Positions 11,190-24,222 of a DNA stretch of 64,000 nt are shown one piece after another (position 1 is the stretch's first letter; each line of letters begins with the position of its first letter). The stretch is from Octopus vulgaris (taxonomy: Eukaryota): assembly GCA_951406725.2 (NCBI GenBank), contig OX597821.1, positions 49,476,001 to 49,540,000 of the forward strand, given 5' to 3'. A program made the translations under genes and the position numbers. The notes under the pieces were generated by a model. The model worked only from the letters and a program-made list of their open reading frames with translations. It was not told the origin of the DNA and made no database searches.

Positions 11190-12779
11190 ATACAATTGTA
11201 AACCCAGTCATCTGAATTTGTGCCATGGAGAAGCACCACTGATGCTATTTTCCTAGAGAGGCTACTGCAAGAGAAATACTTGGCCAAAAATAAACCTGTT
11301 TCTAGCCTTTGTTAACATAGAGAAAGCTTTTGACAGGATCCCCCATTCCCTTACCTGGTGGGCAATGTGGAAGCTAGGGACATAGGAGTGGTTAGTGAGA
11401 GCTGTACAAGCCATGTACAAAGATTCTGTTAGTAAGGTGAGAGTTGCCAATGAGTATAGCAAGGAGTTTAGTTACAAGTAGGAATCTGTTCTTAGCCCCC
11501 TTCTTATTTATCATGGTCCTCCAAGCTATAACTGAGAAATGTTAGACTGGTTGCCCTTGGGAGCTCCCCTATGCTGATGACTTTATTCTTATTGTTGAAT
11601 CACTACCAGAACTAGAGAAGAAATTTCAGATATGGAAGCAAGGTCTGAAATCAAAGGGTCTTGGAGTTAATTTAGCAAAGACCAAAGTATTGATAAGTCG
11701 GAAAACAGACAAATTGTAGATCCCTTCAGGTAGGTGGCCCTACTCAGTATGTAGAAAAGGTGTCAGGAGAAACTCCATAAGGTGTACTCAGTGCAAGCTC
11801 TAGACACATAAGAGGTATAGCAGTATCACTGGACAACTAATGGAGAAAGTAGTATTTACATATGCAGGTACATTAAACACCAGGAATGTACAAAAGATAG
11901 ACACCCTCATATGCCAGGGGGAGCCCTAGAAGTAGTAGACAATTTCCATTGCTTAGGTGACCAATTTAGCAGTGGGGGTGGTGGTTCCAAAAGCATAGCT
12001 GTTAGAATAAGAATAGGCTGGATGAAATTCAGAGAGCTACTACCTCTGTTAGTAACGAAAAGCCTCTCCTCAGTGAAAGGCAGATTGTATGATGCCTGTG
12101 TACAAACAGCTATGCTACATAGCAGTGAGACATGGGCTGACTACTGAGGATATGCAAGGACTTGAAAGAAATGAAGCGTACTTCACTGGATGGGTAATGT
12201 CAGTGTGCATATATGACAGTGTGTAAGTGATTTAAGAGAAAAACTGAATATACATCAGATGTAGTGGACAAGGAAGAAGACTGCACTGGTATGGCCATGT
12301 AATGCATATGAATGAAGACAGTGGCATCAAGAGATACCAATTTCTAGTTGTAGAGGGAGCATATGGAAGGGGTAGAGCCAGGAAGACATGGGACAAAATG
12401 GTGAGAAAGGATCTACATATGTTGGGACTCACTGTGGGGATGGCTGGGGACTGAAACTTCTGGTGGTTTGTTGTGCTTGAAAAGGCATGTCAAGCTAAGT
12501 AAAAGCATGGTTGCCCTTGCATACAAGCTCGTCCTCTGCAGCTGAGCATCCTTTATCTTCTGGGCTTGTAATTACTAGTGCCACATAAAAAGCACCCATG
12601 TCAGTGTTGAGTGAAAACACCCAGTACACTCTGTAAAGTGGTTAGCATTAGGAAGGGTATCCAGCTGTAGAAACCATGCCAAAACAGATATGGAGCCTGA
12701 ATAGCCCTTCAGCTGGTCATCTCCTGTCAAACCATCCAACCTATGCCAGCATGGAAAACAGATGTTAAATGATGATGAC
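11190..12779 (+). mobile_element. Decayed RTE LINE (RT to 3' end)
   Basis: STTDAIF, EKAFDRIP, GCPWELPYADD, LEVVDNF..LGD, WMKFRELLPLL, GRARKTW in broken frames; (GAT)n tail. Confidence 0.9.
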
Positions 12780-12875
12780 TTCCACTAATTATGTTTGACA
12801 TGTAAATATTCCTGCAAACAAACATTGTCTTCCTGAAACGGATCATACTAATAATTTCCACTGGTCTCCTATATA

Positions 12876-13271
12876 TCTTTATATATAAAAGTCAAGTTGT
12901 GTGTCTGTCTCTTACGATTTAGATTCCTAACTACTCCCACATTTTGCGGTGCAGTTTAACCAAAACCGGGTATCTTATAGTCGTGATTCATATCGAGCCC
13001 GTCTGGGTATTAGCGTGCGTCTACGATGAGTCTACGATTTAAAAAAAAATTTACCATCATTTTTTTTCCATTTTAATGCATTTTTTTCGATATTATATAA
13101 GGGAAGCAACTCTCTAAAAATGTCTATGATGAGTCAACGATTTAAAAAAGTTTACCATCATTTTTTTTCCATTTTTAATGCATTTTTTTGCTATTTTTTG
13201 GCTATAACTCTAAAAATGCTTATATAGTTATTTCCCTTACAAACCCGAGCAACGCCAGGCGATACTGCTAG
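12876..13271 (+). mobile_element. Non-autonomous Helitron
   Basis: 5' TC, subterminal hairpin cccgagcaacgccaggc, 3' CTAG, inserted between A and T; further copies at 17942 and 21976. Confidence 0.88.
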
Positions 13272-13364
13272 TCTCCCATAAAGACTAAATAAAGAGTGAT
13301 GTTCCCCATTTCATTAGACACCTTACATTATCATCATTAACATATTTTCCTTTCTCTTCCCCAG

Positions 13365-13433
13365 AATTTCCATCTTTTGAAGGGTTTTTTGCAGATGTCT
13401 GTCCAAATGTCTGAGAAACTAAAGTCACATTAA
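13365..13433 (+). CDS. NCLN: Nicalin last coding exon (NFHLLKGFLQMSVQMSEKLKSH*)
   Basis: Strong polypyrimidine acceptor ttttcctttctcttccccag; in phase; TAA stop; ends in a KxKxx motif like other nicalins. Confidence 0.9.
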   Translation, partial: NFHLLKGFLQMSVQMSEKLKSH

Positions 13434-13739
13434 ACTTTCATCTTTGCCAGGTAGGCATCATCTGTGCTTTTTCTGCTCCTTTTTACTCCTAAACTAAATG
13501 GGGGGTGGGGGTGGAGATGGAGGTGGATAGCTTTGGCCCTCTCTGAGTTAAGTGACTTCCAGTATAGCTTTGGGTTAAGGAAAATTTTGTGAGTCACATT
13601 TGGTAGAGAAATACTATTCAGAGATTGGTTAAATGGACTATTTTTGTTTAACACTGCCAGGTGGCCCTAGTGTGCCTTAGTAAAGTATTTGGATTTGGTC
13701 TCCTTTCTGAAGATAACTTCTTCACCATCCTAGTAAAAA

Positions 13740-13745
13740 AATAAA
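13740..13745 (+). terminator. Candidate polyadenylation signal for nicalin
   Basis: First AATAAA seen after the stop codon; use not verified. Confidence 0.35.
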
Positions 13746-15384
13746 TTATTTATTACACTCCATGTGTCTACTTGTCTACTATACACCATGTTGACACTTT
13801 TGTACTACACTATGATATGTCCTTTCATACAGGTGTTGTAGACTTCCTTCACCTGTACTTTGGTGGATCATTACATAGAAAGATAATGTTGGTCATCTAT
13901 TTAGATGCCCCAAATAGGTTAGTCATGTTGTTATTGGTTCAGTTTTGCATCTTCCTAGCTACTCTTTGTTTACACAAATAACTTAGTAGATACAGTTTTA
14001 CTCTTCCAACTCATAGGTTTGGACTTAACAAATCTATTACTGGTGTTCTGTTGTGCAGATTGATTGGTACCCATGTCAGTATTATAACACTGCATATTGA
14101 TGTACAGTTATAAGCTGGAACCAGTTGCTGTTTAGCCCCAGGTCAGGCCTGGTCCTGCAGATCTGTGATCAAGCATCATCTCATCTTCCATTTGCACATG
14201 GATTTAGAATGTCATTATGTAATGTTAGACTGTAAAACGGGTGATTTGGCTGCTATATTTAGCAGGTTGATGTATTAAGACTGAAGCTCTTTCATTGGCT
14301 TAGATATTTATTTCAGGTTGATGGATGAGTAGAATTGGTTGAGCATCAGGGTGGTAGATTAGTAGAATTGGCAGAACCTGGACATGGATAATTGATAGGA
14401 TTGGTAGAACATTGGTCATTACCTTGTGGTATTTTGTTTAATCTTTCTGTTCTGGATTCAACTTTGCCTTCAGGGAGTCAATAAAAATAATACCAGATCA
14501 ATGTTGGGGATTAATAAAGTATACCTCCTACTCCTCAAATTTTGTATCATGTAATGTAGTGGTGGGGAAGGTGTAGAGTTTTTTTGTGTGTTGCTATTAT
14601 TTGATCATATATTTCTTTTTGTTTTTTTTCAGAACTGGCTTCCATCAATGGATGTATTACAAAGTGCTGTGTCTCAGCTGTTTGTTTCATTTTCATAAAA
14701 AAAAGAAGAAAAACAAAAAAAAAAAACAAACAACCTAAACCTCTCTTACTACTTCTGTGTTTCACTACCAAAAACACTTACTTTCTCTACTTATTAACAT
14801 TGTTCTCACGACTAACTTTTCCATTCCTTTATCTGTGGCACCACAAAAAACCTCACTATTAGTTCTTTGGAAACAACAAAACTAATTTAACATTATCCGT
14901 TGTTAAATGATAAAAGACATTGACTAAGCATGTTAGACATTTCTTTGTTGTTGTTGTGGCACAATTTGTTTCTTTTTTTTTTTTTTCACTTTTTACACCT
15001 GAACTGACTCTCATTGACACTTGAAAATTAACTTGAATCTCCTTTCAATTTAAATGTTTCTGTTTAATTATGACACTTTTCCATCTCTGCAATAACTGAC
15101 TCTTCCCACCTTGGAAACCAACCCCTTCCACCTCATACTAACAAAGCAACAAAATTCTCTACATTTGTCATGTTGTTGTTGTTTAATTCCAGGCCCTCCC
15201 TAATTCAGCAAACCTGTGATTAAAGATATTCCAGCTGTGACCATCCATACATAGTATATCTTATTTAAGAAAGTATGATATGATTTGAGAGATTTGGTTG
15301 CAGTCTAGCAGGTTGAGTGACCACATAAAAGTTTTCACATTTGTTAAGTGCACATAGTTTTTAACATAAATAATAATAATAATA

Positions 15385-15846
15385 CATGTACATTGTTTTG
15401 TCTTGGTATAAAAGATGGGCTACAGCAAATAATCTGCTCAATACCACAGATTTGCTTGTAGTTTGAGCATTTCCCTTAGTGGCTGACGATATGTGCATCT
15501 CTGATCACGAGCAGAAGTAGTGGGGGAGCATCATAGCCATGTGTTGAGAGGGATTCTTTGGGGTTTGAATAATTCACCTCTGGAAACATGGGTGGTTCTT
15601 TCAACATCCTTAAACAACCCTTATTCAGGGACCTTTTGAGCGGGATGGGCTACTCAACCTGAAGAAAATTCTAACTGGGGCCCCACCTACAAGGTCATGT
15701 GCTGTTTATCTTGATATAAGATCACCATGTCGCGCACATATGGTTGTGATGCATGTGCCTGGTGTACCCTTATCAGACAGGTAGTCATGATGGGTATATT
15801 GGGCTTCGTATATTTTACCCCAGTGTCACTTTGATGGCATGAACTC
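15385..15846. mobile_element. Non-coding interspersed repeat flanked by (AAT)n, second copy at 55023-55505
   Basis: Close match to 55095-55505 (attgttttgtcttggtataaaagatgg...ccttatcagac); (AAT)n-like tracts on both sides. Confidence 0.8.
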
Positions 15847-17414
15847 AATAACAATAATAATAACAATGTGTGAGTAGCTGTTCATGGATACATGTGTTTC
15901 AGTTACCTCCTTTATTTATGTACCTTGTGAATGTGAAGACATTCATCAATTTCTGTAATAACAAAATGCTTGAAACAAACTCCCCACCCCTCTTTCAAAG
16001 GAAAGGAGTTTTGATCCTTCTCTTCTTTCCATCATTAAGTGTCAGGACTTAAGGTGGTTTTCTACTTCCTTTTTAATTTTGGTGTCACACTGTTTTGATA
16101 TCCAATTGTTTGTTCCCCAGCCTCCTTAGAAAATGGAACTGTGTGTGTGTGTGAAACATGTCAGTCATTTATATTTATAGACATAAAGTGGTGGTGGTTG
16201 TGGGGATGATATATAAAAGAGAGAGAGAGAGAGAGGAAGACACATCTAATGTGAGAAAGATGTGAAGTAGACACTCAGAGTTTTCTTTAATTAGCCTATC
16301 TTACTGCTCATTATTTCAGCCTTTTTACACTGGCCTAAGTCATTTGAAAACTGATCATGAATTTGGAGGAGCTGAGTAAAATAACATTTTTTCTCATTTA
16401 TTGCTATATTTAGTTGTTGTTTGAAACACAACAGCCAATGGCTGTTGTGTGGATCGGTATCAATACATTAAAGACTTCAATTCTAGTAACTTTAATCTTC
16501 TTTAGCAAGACAGACCCTACTTAATATTGTATGTATTTTTAAAGAAATCTTTAGAAATATTTTTCTTCTTTCCTTCCTCATTTTCTTTTTTTACCCCCCC
16601 CCCACACACACTGTAATTAAATTTTTACGTTATTCAATGGAACTCTGCCTGTCGACACCATATAACCCCTAATAACTTTTTTATCTTTTGGAATTTAAAA
16701 AAATCTTTTGCAAAGTTGTGTACTACACATGGGAATTCGTACAATTATGCAAAATCAAGAATAGAAAAAATTAGTGCATGATTTAAAGGCTATTTAGCTG
16801 TTATTTTTAGCACATGTCATGACCACTTCATATCCTTCTCGTTTGTTTGTCATTCTGATGTATTGATGTTTTCAATATCTTCCTCCCTATAAACACATTT
16901 AATGGTCTTATTGCTAAGATTTAAGTCTAAAGGGGCATCCTATGGGACGACCTAGATGAGATGAGTTTAAGCCAAAAATTCAGACTCTGTATTTTAGTCT
17001 GTGATAAAAGAAAAATGTTAAAAATTGAAAAAAAGAATTTTTTTTTTAATTTTGAAATATTAAAGAAATTTTTTTTTTTTCATAGTCATGTGAAATCCCA
17101 TGTGTAGAAATTCCCCAAAATTTTCTGCAAATTCCAAAAGATGGAAAAGTTATGAAGAGTTATATGGCATGCCTAAAGCAGAGTTCTGCCCCCCCCCCCC
17201 ACCACCACCACCACCTACCCCCATTCTGTGGTTTCCTACAGTTTTACTTCTGTCTTTCAACCCTTTTCCTTTATCATTGACCTCCATAAGATATTACATT
17301 TTTCTATCATTTACTATCTTTCTCTATACTTCAGCCACTCACAAAGTAGTTTGATTATATGTGTATATACATATGTCTCTCTCTCTATATATATATGTAT
17401 ATATCTCTTACTCT

Positions 17415-17620
17415 TTTATTTTTTTTTTTTTAGCCATTTGACTGCAATCAAGCAGGAGCACCACCATTAGTCAAACAAATCGGCCCCCAGGGTTTATTCT
17501 TTGTAAGCCTACTACTTATTCAATCAGTCTCTTTTGCCGTACCGCTATATTACGGGCATGTAAACACAACACATTGGTTGTCAAGCAGGGGTGGGGGTCA
17601 AACGCAGACAAACATACGCA
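17415..17620 (-). mobile_element. SINE 3' half (family of 7299-7875)
   Basis: catttgactgc...ggagcaccacc...ttattcttgtaagcct. Confidence 0.7.
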
Positions 17621-17908
17621 CACATGTGCATATGTGTATAAAATTATTTTCACACACATGTATATTAGCATATATCTATCTATATATATATATATATACC
17701 GGAGTAAACACATAAATGTGAAACAAGGTGGAAAAAAAGAGTACTCAAATACCAGTGGTAGAGTAATATGCTTTATTTAAAGCAGCAGAAAATTCAATTT
17801 TCTGCTGCTTTAAATAAAGTATATATATATATATATATATATGTATATGTATATATATATGTATATGTATATATACATGTGTGTGTGTGTATATATATAT
17901 ATATATGG

Positions 17909-17941
<33 letters not shown>

Positions 17942-17942
<1 letters not shown>

Positions 17943-18327
17943 TAGCAGTATCGCCCGGCGTTGCTCGGGTTTGTAAGGGAAATAACTATATAAGCATTTT
18001 TAGAGAGTTATAGCCAAAAAATAGCAAAAAAATGCATTAAAAATTAAGGTAAATTTTTTTTTTTAATCGTTGACACATCGTAGATATTTTTAGAGAGTTA
18101 CTTCCCTTATATAAAAGCGAAAAAAATGCATTAAAATGGAAAAATATGATGGTAAATATTTTTAAAATCGTAGACTCATCGTAGACGCGCGCTAATACCC
18201 AGAAGGGCTCGATATGAATCACGACTATAAGATACCTGCTTTTAATTAAACTGCACCGCAAAATGTGGGAGTAGTTACGAATCTAAATCGTAGGAGACAG
18301 ACACACAACTTCACTCTTATATAAAGA
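17942..18327 (-). mobile_element. Non-autonomous Helitron
   Basis: Reverse complement of 12876-13271; CTAG end, hairpin gcccggcgttgctcggg, TC start. Confidence 0.9.
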
Positions 18328-18889
18328 TGCTTTTTTTTTTCAGTCATAGAGTTAGATTTATGAAGGTCTTCAGTAGAAAATCCTTCGAATTCTGACTTGC
18401 TGCTTGATATAATGAAATTCGTATCCATTTTTTGTCAGAATTACAAATTTTGAAAACACAATAGGAACAAATTTCGGAAAAAAATCTCCCATAATTCACG
18501 GAATTAAAATTACACTTCGATTTTTGTACAAAACTGTATTTGAAGTGTTTACGAAGTATAATATGTGTTTTCACGAATGTACTAAAGAGATTTACTCTGA
18601 TATTCTCATTTAAATATGAATAGGTAAATTGGGGCGGTTTGGTAACGAAAGGGTTAAACGGATGCATACATTTATTAATAACTATATATAAGTGTCGTCT
18701 GTTTATACATAAACACTGTTTCACACTTTCAGTTTAGTCTTCCTCAAATCACTCTGTCGCTATTTACTCTCTTCCAAGAACATTTTCACTCACTCTTATC
18801 TCTTAGCTTGCCATACATTTTACTCGTGTATCTATCAGCGTGATAGACAGAAACAAATATTACATCGCCATTGCCATCGCCATCGCATT

Positions 18890-19193
18890 CTATTGTCTAC
18901 CTGTCAACACACTCACAGTGAATTAGTTTCACTTTATTCGTTGCACACTGTGTGTGTGCGTTTGCGTGTGCTGTAAACCAGACTAAGAAAAGCATTTGAC
19001 ATACACACCAGAATGTGAGTTTTCTGTAAATTTTGCTTAATTGGAGTTTAAATTTTAAAAACTGGACCTGGCATGACCTGATGCATTCTACTCTTAAAAA
19101 TGCTAGGTAAATTGTAATTGAAGAAATCCTATATTGTAGATTTCTATAAGTGACAAAGGGAGGCAGATAAAATCTGCCTTTTATAATAAGAGA
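18890..19193 (-). mobile_element. Probable Helitron-type 5' end (second family)
   Basis: TCTCTTATTATAAAAGGCAG start on -, with hairpin aggcagat/atctgcct. Confidence 0.45.
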
Positions 19194-19356
19194 TATATAT
19201 ATGGGTATATATATGTATATATACATGTGTGTGTATATATATATATATGGGTATATATATATTTGTGTATGCATATATATGTATGTTTATATATGTATAT
19301 GTGAATATATATCTATATGTAAATATGTATGTATATATATATGTGTATGCATATAT

Positions 19357-21200
19357 ATCATCATCATCATTTAACGTCCGTTTTCCATGCTAGAATGGGT
19401 TGGACGGTTCAACCGGGATCTGGTAAGCCATGGCTGCACTAGGCTCCTGTCTGGTTTAGCAGTGTTTCTACAGCTGGATGCCCTTCCTAACACCAACCAC
19501 TCTGTGAGTGTAGTGGGTGTTTTTTACGTGCCACCGGCACAGGGGCCAGAGGAAGCTGGCAAACAGCCACGATCGGTTGGTGCTTTTACATGTCACCAAC
19601 AAGGACACCAGTCAGCCGGCGCTGGCATAACTACAATTTCCATTTGATTTTTATTTTGATGTTGGTGTTGACGTACTTGACTCAATAGGTCTCCTCAAGC
19701 ACAGCAGGTCGCCCTACGATCCAAGGTAAGCACAGTAGGTCGTTCTGCAATCAAAGGTACTTTGTATGGGCTTGGGCTTTGATTTTTATTTTGATGTTGG
19801 TGTTGACGTACTTGACTCAATAGGTCTCCTCAAGAACAGCAAGTCACTCTACAATCCAAGGTTAGCACAGCAGGCCGTTCTGTGAGCCATGAACTCACTT
19901 CATTTGTCTGGTTGTCACAGTCACATCATATCTCAGGGGTCTCGGTCTTTGTCATTTCCCCTGTGAGGCCCTATGTGCTACCGGCATAGGTATCACAACT
20001 ACAATATCCATACAATTTTTATTTTGATGTTGATGAACTTGACACAATAGGTCTCCTCAAGTGCAGCACGCCGTCCTGCAAGCCATGAAATCACTTCATT
20101 TGTCGGGTCTTCGAAGTCACAGCATATCTCCAGAGGTCTCAGTCTTTCATCATAGCTTCTGTGAGGCTCAACGTACGAAGGTCATGCTTGACCAACTCGT
20201 CCCATGTCTTCCTGGGTCTACCTCTACCCCGGATTTCTTCAACAGTTTGGGAGTGGCACTTCTTCCACATCTCTCCTCATCCATCTGTAGTACATGATCA
20301 TACCAATGCAATCGTCTCTCCTGCATGCTGCATCTAATGCCCAACATTTCTCTCAGGGCACTTACACTCTGTCATGCATGGACACTGACATTACACATCC
20401 AGCGGATCATGCCAGCTTCATGTCTTTCGAGCCTATGCATGTCCTCCGCAGTCACAGCCCATGTTTCACTGCCATGAAGCATGGCAGTTTGCACACATGT
20501 CGTACAATCTACCTTTCACTCTGAGCGAGAGACCATTTGTCGCCAGTAGGGGGAGAAGCTTCCTAAACTTTGCCCAGACTATTCTTATTCTAGTGGTAAC
20601 ACTCTCTGAGCATCCATCCCCGCTACTAACTTGGTCATCTAGGTAGCAGAAACTATCAACCACTTCTAGTTTCTCCCCCAGGAGTATAATGGAATCTCTT
20701 TTCTGAGTATCAATGGTGTCTATTGCCCCTGTGCATCTGCCGCACATGAAAGCTATCTTCTCAGTTAATTTTCCTTTGATATTGCTGCGCCTCTTATGTG
20801 TCCATAGCTTACACTGGGTACATCTTATGGAGTTTCTACATACACCTTTTCTACAGATTGAGCAGGGCCACCTTCCTGAAGGGGTTTGTGGTGAGTTTGC
20901 TTTCGTACTTACTAGAACTTTGGTCTTTGCTACATTGACTCTAAGGCCTTTTGATTCTAAACCTATCTTCCACACACGAAATTTCTTCTCTAAGTCTGGT
21001 AGTGATTCTGCTATGAGGGCTAGGTCATCAGCATAGAGGAGCTCCCAGGGACAACCCATCTTAAATTCCTCTGTTATTGCCTGGAGGACTATGATGAATA
21101 GAAGGGGACTGAGGGCTGAGCCTTGGTGGACGCCAACTTCTACCCGGAATTCTTCACTGTACTCATTGCCAATCCTAACCTTGCTAACAGCCTCTCTGTA
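19357..21200 (-). mobile_element. 5'-truncated RTE LINE
   Basis: ORF 20466-21198: GVHQGSALSPLLF, ELLYADDL, Cys-rich insert, WAKFRKLLPLL; duplicated segments in the 3' UTR; (GAT)n tail. Confidence 0.95.
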
Positions 21201-21214
21201 TATAAATATATATA

Positions 21215-21850
21215 TATAATGCAAAAATGGGACAAGAATGCAAAACATCCAGATAATTAGGTGATACAAAAAAGGGACAGCAAAACATCCAGACAGACAA
21301 GTTCCACATTATCTTTGCAATTTCGGCTGGTCATACTCGGGATTGCTCCAATCTGGTCAGCCCCAAGGAAAAACTAAGCTAAGAGCACTAGATTCCTTGG
21401 AAGAAAGCAGCGAATGTATACGAAAACAAGGATGGGAAAAAACAGAGAAATGGTACACAAATGACAAACAGAACATTAACGAGTGTCTTTTGACTAAGGA
21501 CAAATTAAATTAAGCTGGCACGTATGGAAGTAAAATCTTACAGCAGGGACATAAGATTTGACAGGCACAGGGAGGAATATAGATATTGCATGGATGGTAG
21601 TTGAACCAAGAAAGGTCAGACTTGGCTGAACACCGGTCATGTGAGGAGAGGAGAGAGAGCTATAGGCAAAGGGATAGAAGAATTAAGGAGGGGATGAGTA
21701 AAAAACGAAAGGGATAGAATAAAGTGAAAGAGGAGGGACGGTGAGCATGAAGAGAAGGCCAGGAAATGTGAGAGAAGGGGAACGAAAGAATGAAGAGTGG
21801 AATGAGCAAAGTAAGTGTGAAGGGGTTGATAGAAAGAATAATAGTCGTAC
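21215..21850 (-). mobile_element. Non-coding retroelement 3' region (probable PLE-type) with permuted hammerhead copy C
   Basis: Homologous to 9288-9462; purine-rich tract on +; (TA)n on both sides. Confidence 0.65.
21294..21362 (-). ncRNA. Permuted hammerhead-like motif, copy C (core truncated after CTG)
   Basis: On -: GGCTGA CCAGATTG GA GCAAT-C CCGAGT atga CCAGCC GAAATTGC AAA GA TAATGTGG a ACTTGT CTG. Confidence 0.6.
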
Positions 21851-21975
21851 AAAATTTAGATATATATATATATATATATATATACAAGAGACCAAAGTGT
21901 ACATACCCTGCTATGTATATTTGTGTGTGTATATATATATATATGTATGTATATGCATATATATATATATATATA

Positions 21976-22245
21976 CTAGTAGTATCGCTCGGGTTTGTAA
22001 GGGAAATAACTATATAAGCATTTTTAGAGATGTAAAGTATAATAGCCATCTCAATATGGCTAACCACAAAGGGGGTGTGTTACTGTAGCTTTTTACGTTC
22101 TAAGATTTAATAATAAATTTTTAGAGAGTTACTTCCCTTATGTATGCCAAAAATGGGAAAAATTCATGGTAAATTTTTTTTTAAATTGTAGACTCATCGT
22201 AGACGCGCGCTAATACCCAGAAGGGCTCGGTATGAATCACGACTA
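21976..22245 (-). mobile_element. Partial non-autonomous Helitron (3' part)
   Basis: ctagtagtatcgctcgggtttgtaaggg...gtagacgcgcgctaatacccag. Confidence 0.8.
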
Positions 22246-22354
22246 ATGTGTATACATATGTAAGTATATGTATATATATTAATGTGTATACATCTGTAAG
22301 TATATGTATATATATATAAATATGTATGTTTATTATATATATATATATTGTTTG

Positions 22355-22397
<43 letters not shown>

Positions 22398-22583
22398 ATA
22401 ATCCAATACACTGTAAAATAACCATTTTCAATGTGAGAAAAGAAATCACACTAAAGTTGACATTTGAGGTCAATGTGATCCTAGAGCTCACTGGACCCTA
22501 TCAAATGGTTTGCTTCATGCCAGCATAGAAAATGGGACTTAGATGATGATGATCACACACACACACACATGTATGTATGCATA

Positions 22584-22624
<41 letters not shown>

Positions 22625-22699
22625 TAAAATGAAGAAACAAAGCATTTGGCATCACTCAAAAGCATTTGATTTTAGATAGAGAATATAAACTGATACAAT

Positions 22700-22780
22700 C
22701 TCTTACAGCTGCTTCTAGAAAAGCCAAGCATATAGATCATGATATTGAGTTACCATAAGTTTGGTATTGTCATTGGAGAG
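22700..22780 (-). ncRNA. Degenerate type I hammerhead remnant at a probable PLE end
   Basis: On -: ctct CCAATGA ... GAAG CAGCTG TA agag; stem I and palindromic stem III retained, core mutated. Confidence 0.4.
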
Positions 22781-24222
22781 GGTGACATCAGAAAACTATA
22801 AAAATGAAGAAATATCCCCAATTCAGGATATTAGTACTTTCCTGTTTGTCAAAAATGAAGGAAGGATCAGAGTGAAATCGATATGTGTTGTGCAGTTCCA
22901 TAATCAAATAAATAATAAAGTTATATAGGTGTTTATACACCATTTGTCAACAAACGAGATATAATTCCTGTGATAAAACGCAGTGAATATCTTGTTCACT
23001 GGGTTGAACATGCCTCAAGCATATTCGAACTGATAATAACATTAATTAAGTTATAGGTAAGGTCTATTTGCAGTTTCAAATGAGAATGCTTTATGGTAAT
23101 GCATGGCAAGGAATAGTGGAATTTACTAGTTCCAGTTTTGAATAGAGAGTGAATGAGGGTTGAGTAGGAATATTATACTATAGTGTGGAGGAAAGATAGT
23201 CAGGTAGATGTAGTAAAACAGATATGTATTAGTCTGTATAGCGGGTATATGCTAGTCAAAAGAAGTTAGCAGGTGCATAGACAGATAGATAAAACAATGA
23301 GGTATAGCAGGCATCAGATACTGTCATCCTTTTACTGTCTACCAGTACTGGCCATGGTTCTAAGGTGGCAAGAGTGGGAGGGAGGGGATTAGCATGGTAA
23401 TAAAGTGGTTGTAAAGGATAATGAAGATCTTGAATTTTAAGGTGATTACGACTAGAGGCAAAGAGAGATTTAGGGCTTACCTAATTATGATGGTGCCCAT
23501 AATACTAACTAAAATTTTAATATTTGTAGTGCTAATGAATATGTATGCCTGTTGGGAATAAAAGAAATAAAAAATTTTAAATGACAAAAATTATACTTTG
23601 TTTTTACTAAATTCTAGTAGAGTGAAATTATGGGGCTCAAGGATAAAGCAAATATTGTGACAATGGACAATAGATATATTAGTAAATCAGTGAAAAAATC
23701 TGGTGAGCTAAACTAATTATATATATATATAACAACTCCATAACTGGAGAAGAGAAACCTTGGTGGTGTTCTGTTAAAAACAATAGTGTTGCAACTGAAT
23801 AGGTATGTGATTAATTATAATCTAGGTGGGATATGTAAATATGAATTAATGGAAAATATGAGAATCTATAAAATAAAAGATAAAAGGATATGATGATAAT
23901 GTAGATATTGTGATTTAATTAAGTGAGCTCATATGATGTCTAAACTATATATCAATGAGAATCAGAGGTAGTTGTTTTACTGCAATTAGACTTGTAAAAT
24001 TTATATTATTTAAGACATTTATGGACATGTTTAGAGAAGGCTTCATGTACTAGAGCCTACGCATGTCCTTTGCAGTCACGGCCCATGTTTCACTGTCGTG
24101 AAGCATGGCAGTTTGCACACATGCATTGTACAATCTACCTTTCATTCTGAGCGAAAGAAAGGTAGAGTGTCTGTGTGTATAAATATATATATTTATTTAA
24201 AGGTCACAATACATGTATTAAA

